Assembly (NCBI GenBank): GCA_036479435.1
Contig: JAZGFI010000164.1
Location: 1 to 37,082 of the forward strand
DNA from: Planctomycetota bacterium
GTDB taxonomy: Bacteria; Planctomycetota; GCA-002687715; DRQF01
DNA length: 37,082 bases
Direction of reading: 5' to 3'
The position numbers and the translations under genes are program-made. Positions 36,927-37,082 of the stretch are shown here, one piece after another. Every line of letters starts with the position of its first letter. Within the stretch, counting starts at the first letter, position 1. Below the pieces are notes generated by a model. That model ran no database searches, was not told the DNA's origin, and saw nothing but the letters and a program-made list of their open reading frames with translations.

Positions 36927-37082
36927 CCCTAACTCAAAAAACCAAGTATCGGTTGTACGGCGTCAGTGCGCTGGGAAAGCTCAGTCAAGGAGGACGAAAT
37001 GACTTAGTCAGATCTGAAACTTTGCTCGAAACCCTATGGGTACCCAATCCCATCCGGCCAAGGTCGACCACCAGCTGGAACC

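Noticed and set aside
1..37082. tRNA, rRNA or riboswitch genes, and the many long antisense ORFs in the track
   Set aside because: No cloverleaf or rRNA-like segments were seen by eye (a covariance search was not possible). Long antisense ORFs are expected at this GC content and overlap well-supported genes.

Overview
A GC-rich bacterial window. Its gene content (Bat operon, exported PPIases, PhyH dioxygenases, MauG-like protein) would fit a PVC/Planctomycetota-like organism, but this is not provable from the sequence alone. It opens inside an ISKra4-type transposase and its right end (1-366), followed by an SRPBCC-PhyH fusion gene. Positions ~2.1-6.7 kb are an accessory tract of short co-oriented ORFs separated by eroded attC-like sites, i.e. 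an integrase-less and apparently 'locked' integron cassette array, ending in a damaged RelE/HigA-like toxin-antitoxin pair. A minus-strand block follows: TPR-cyclophilin, an unusual exported Cys/Lys tandem-repeat protein (KSCCGSCD repeats, ~36 Cys), and a circularly permuted ATP-grasp plus RimK-like ATP-grasp pair. Divergent from it is a nine-gene moxR-DUF58-bat operon carrying an extra parvulin-type foldase lipoprotein. The right part holds a second PhyH, a UDP-sugar dehydrogenase homolog that has lost its catalytic motifs, a PKD lipoprotein, a di-heme MauG/CcP protein, a MacB/LolCDE-type ABC transporter, a HAD-ECH fusion, a patatin and an EcsC protein. A possible group II intron 5' end sits at the right edge. 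The best candidates for new biology are the Cys/Lys repeat protein and its context, the degenerate cassette array and the dehydrogenase pseudoenzyme. All family calls come from motif recognition by eye, not from database searches.
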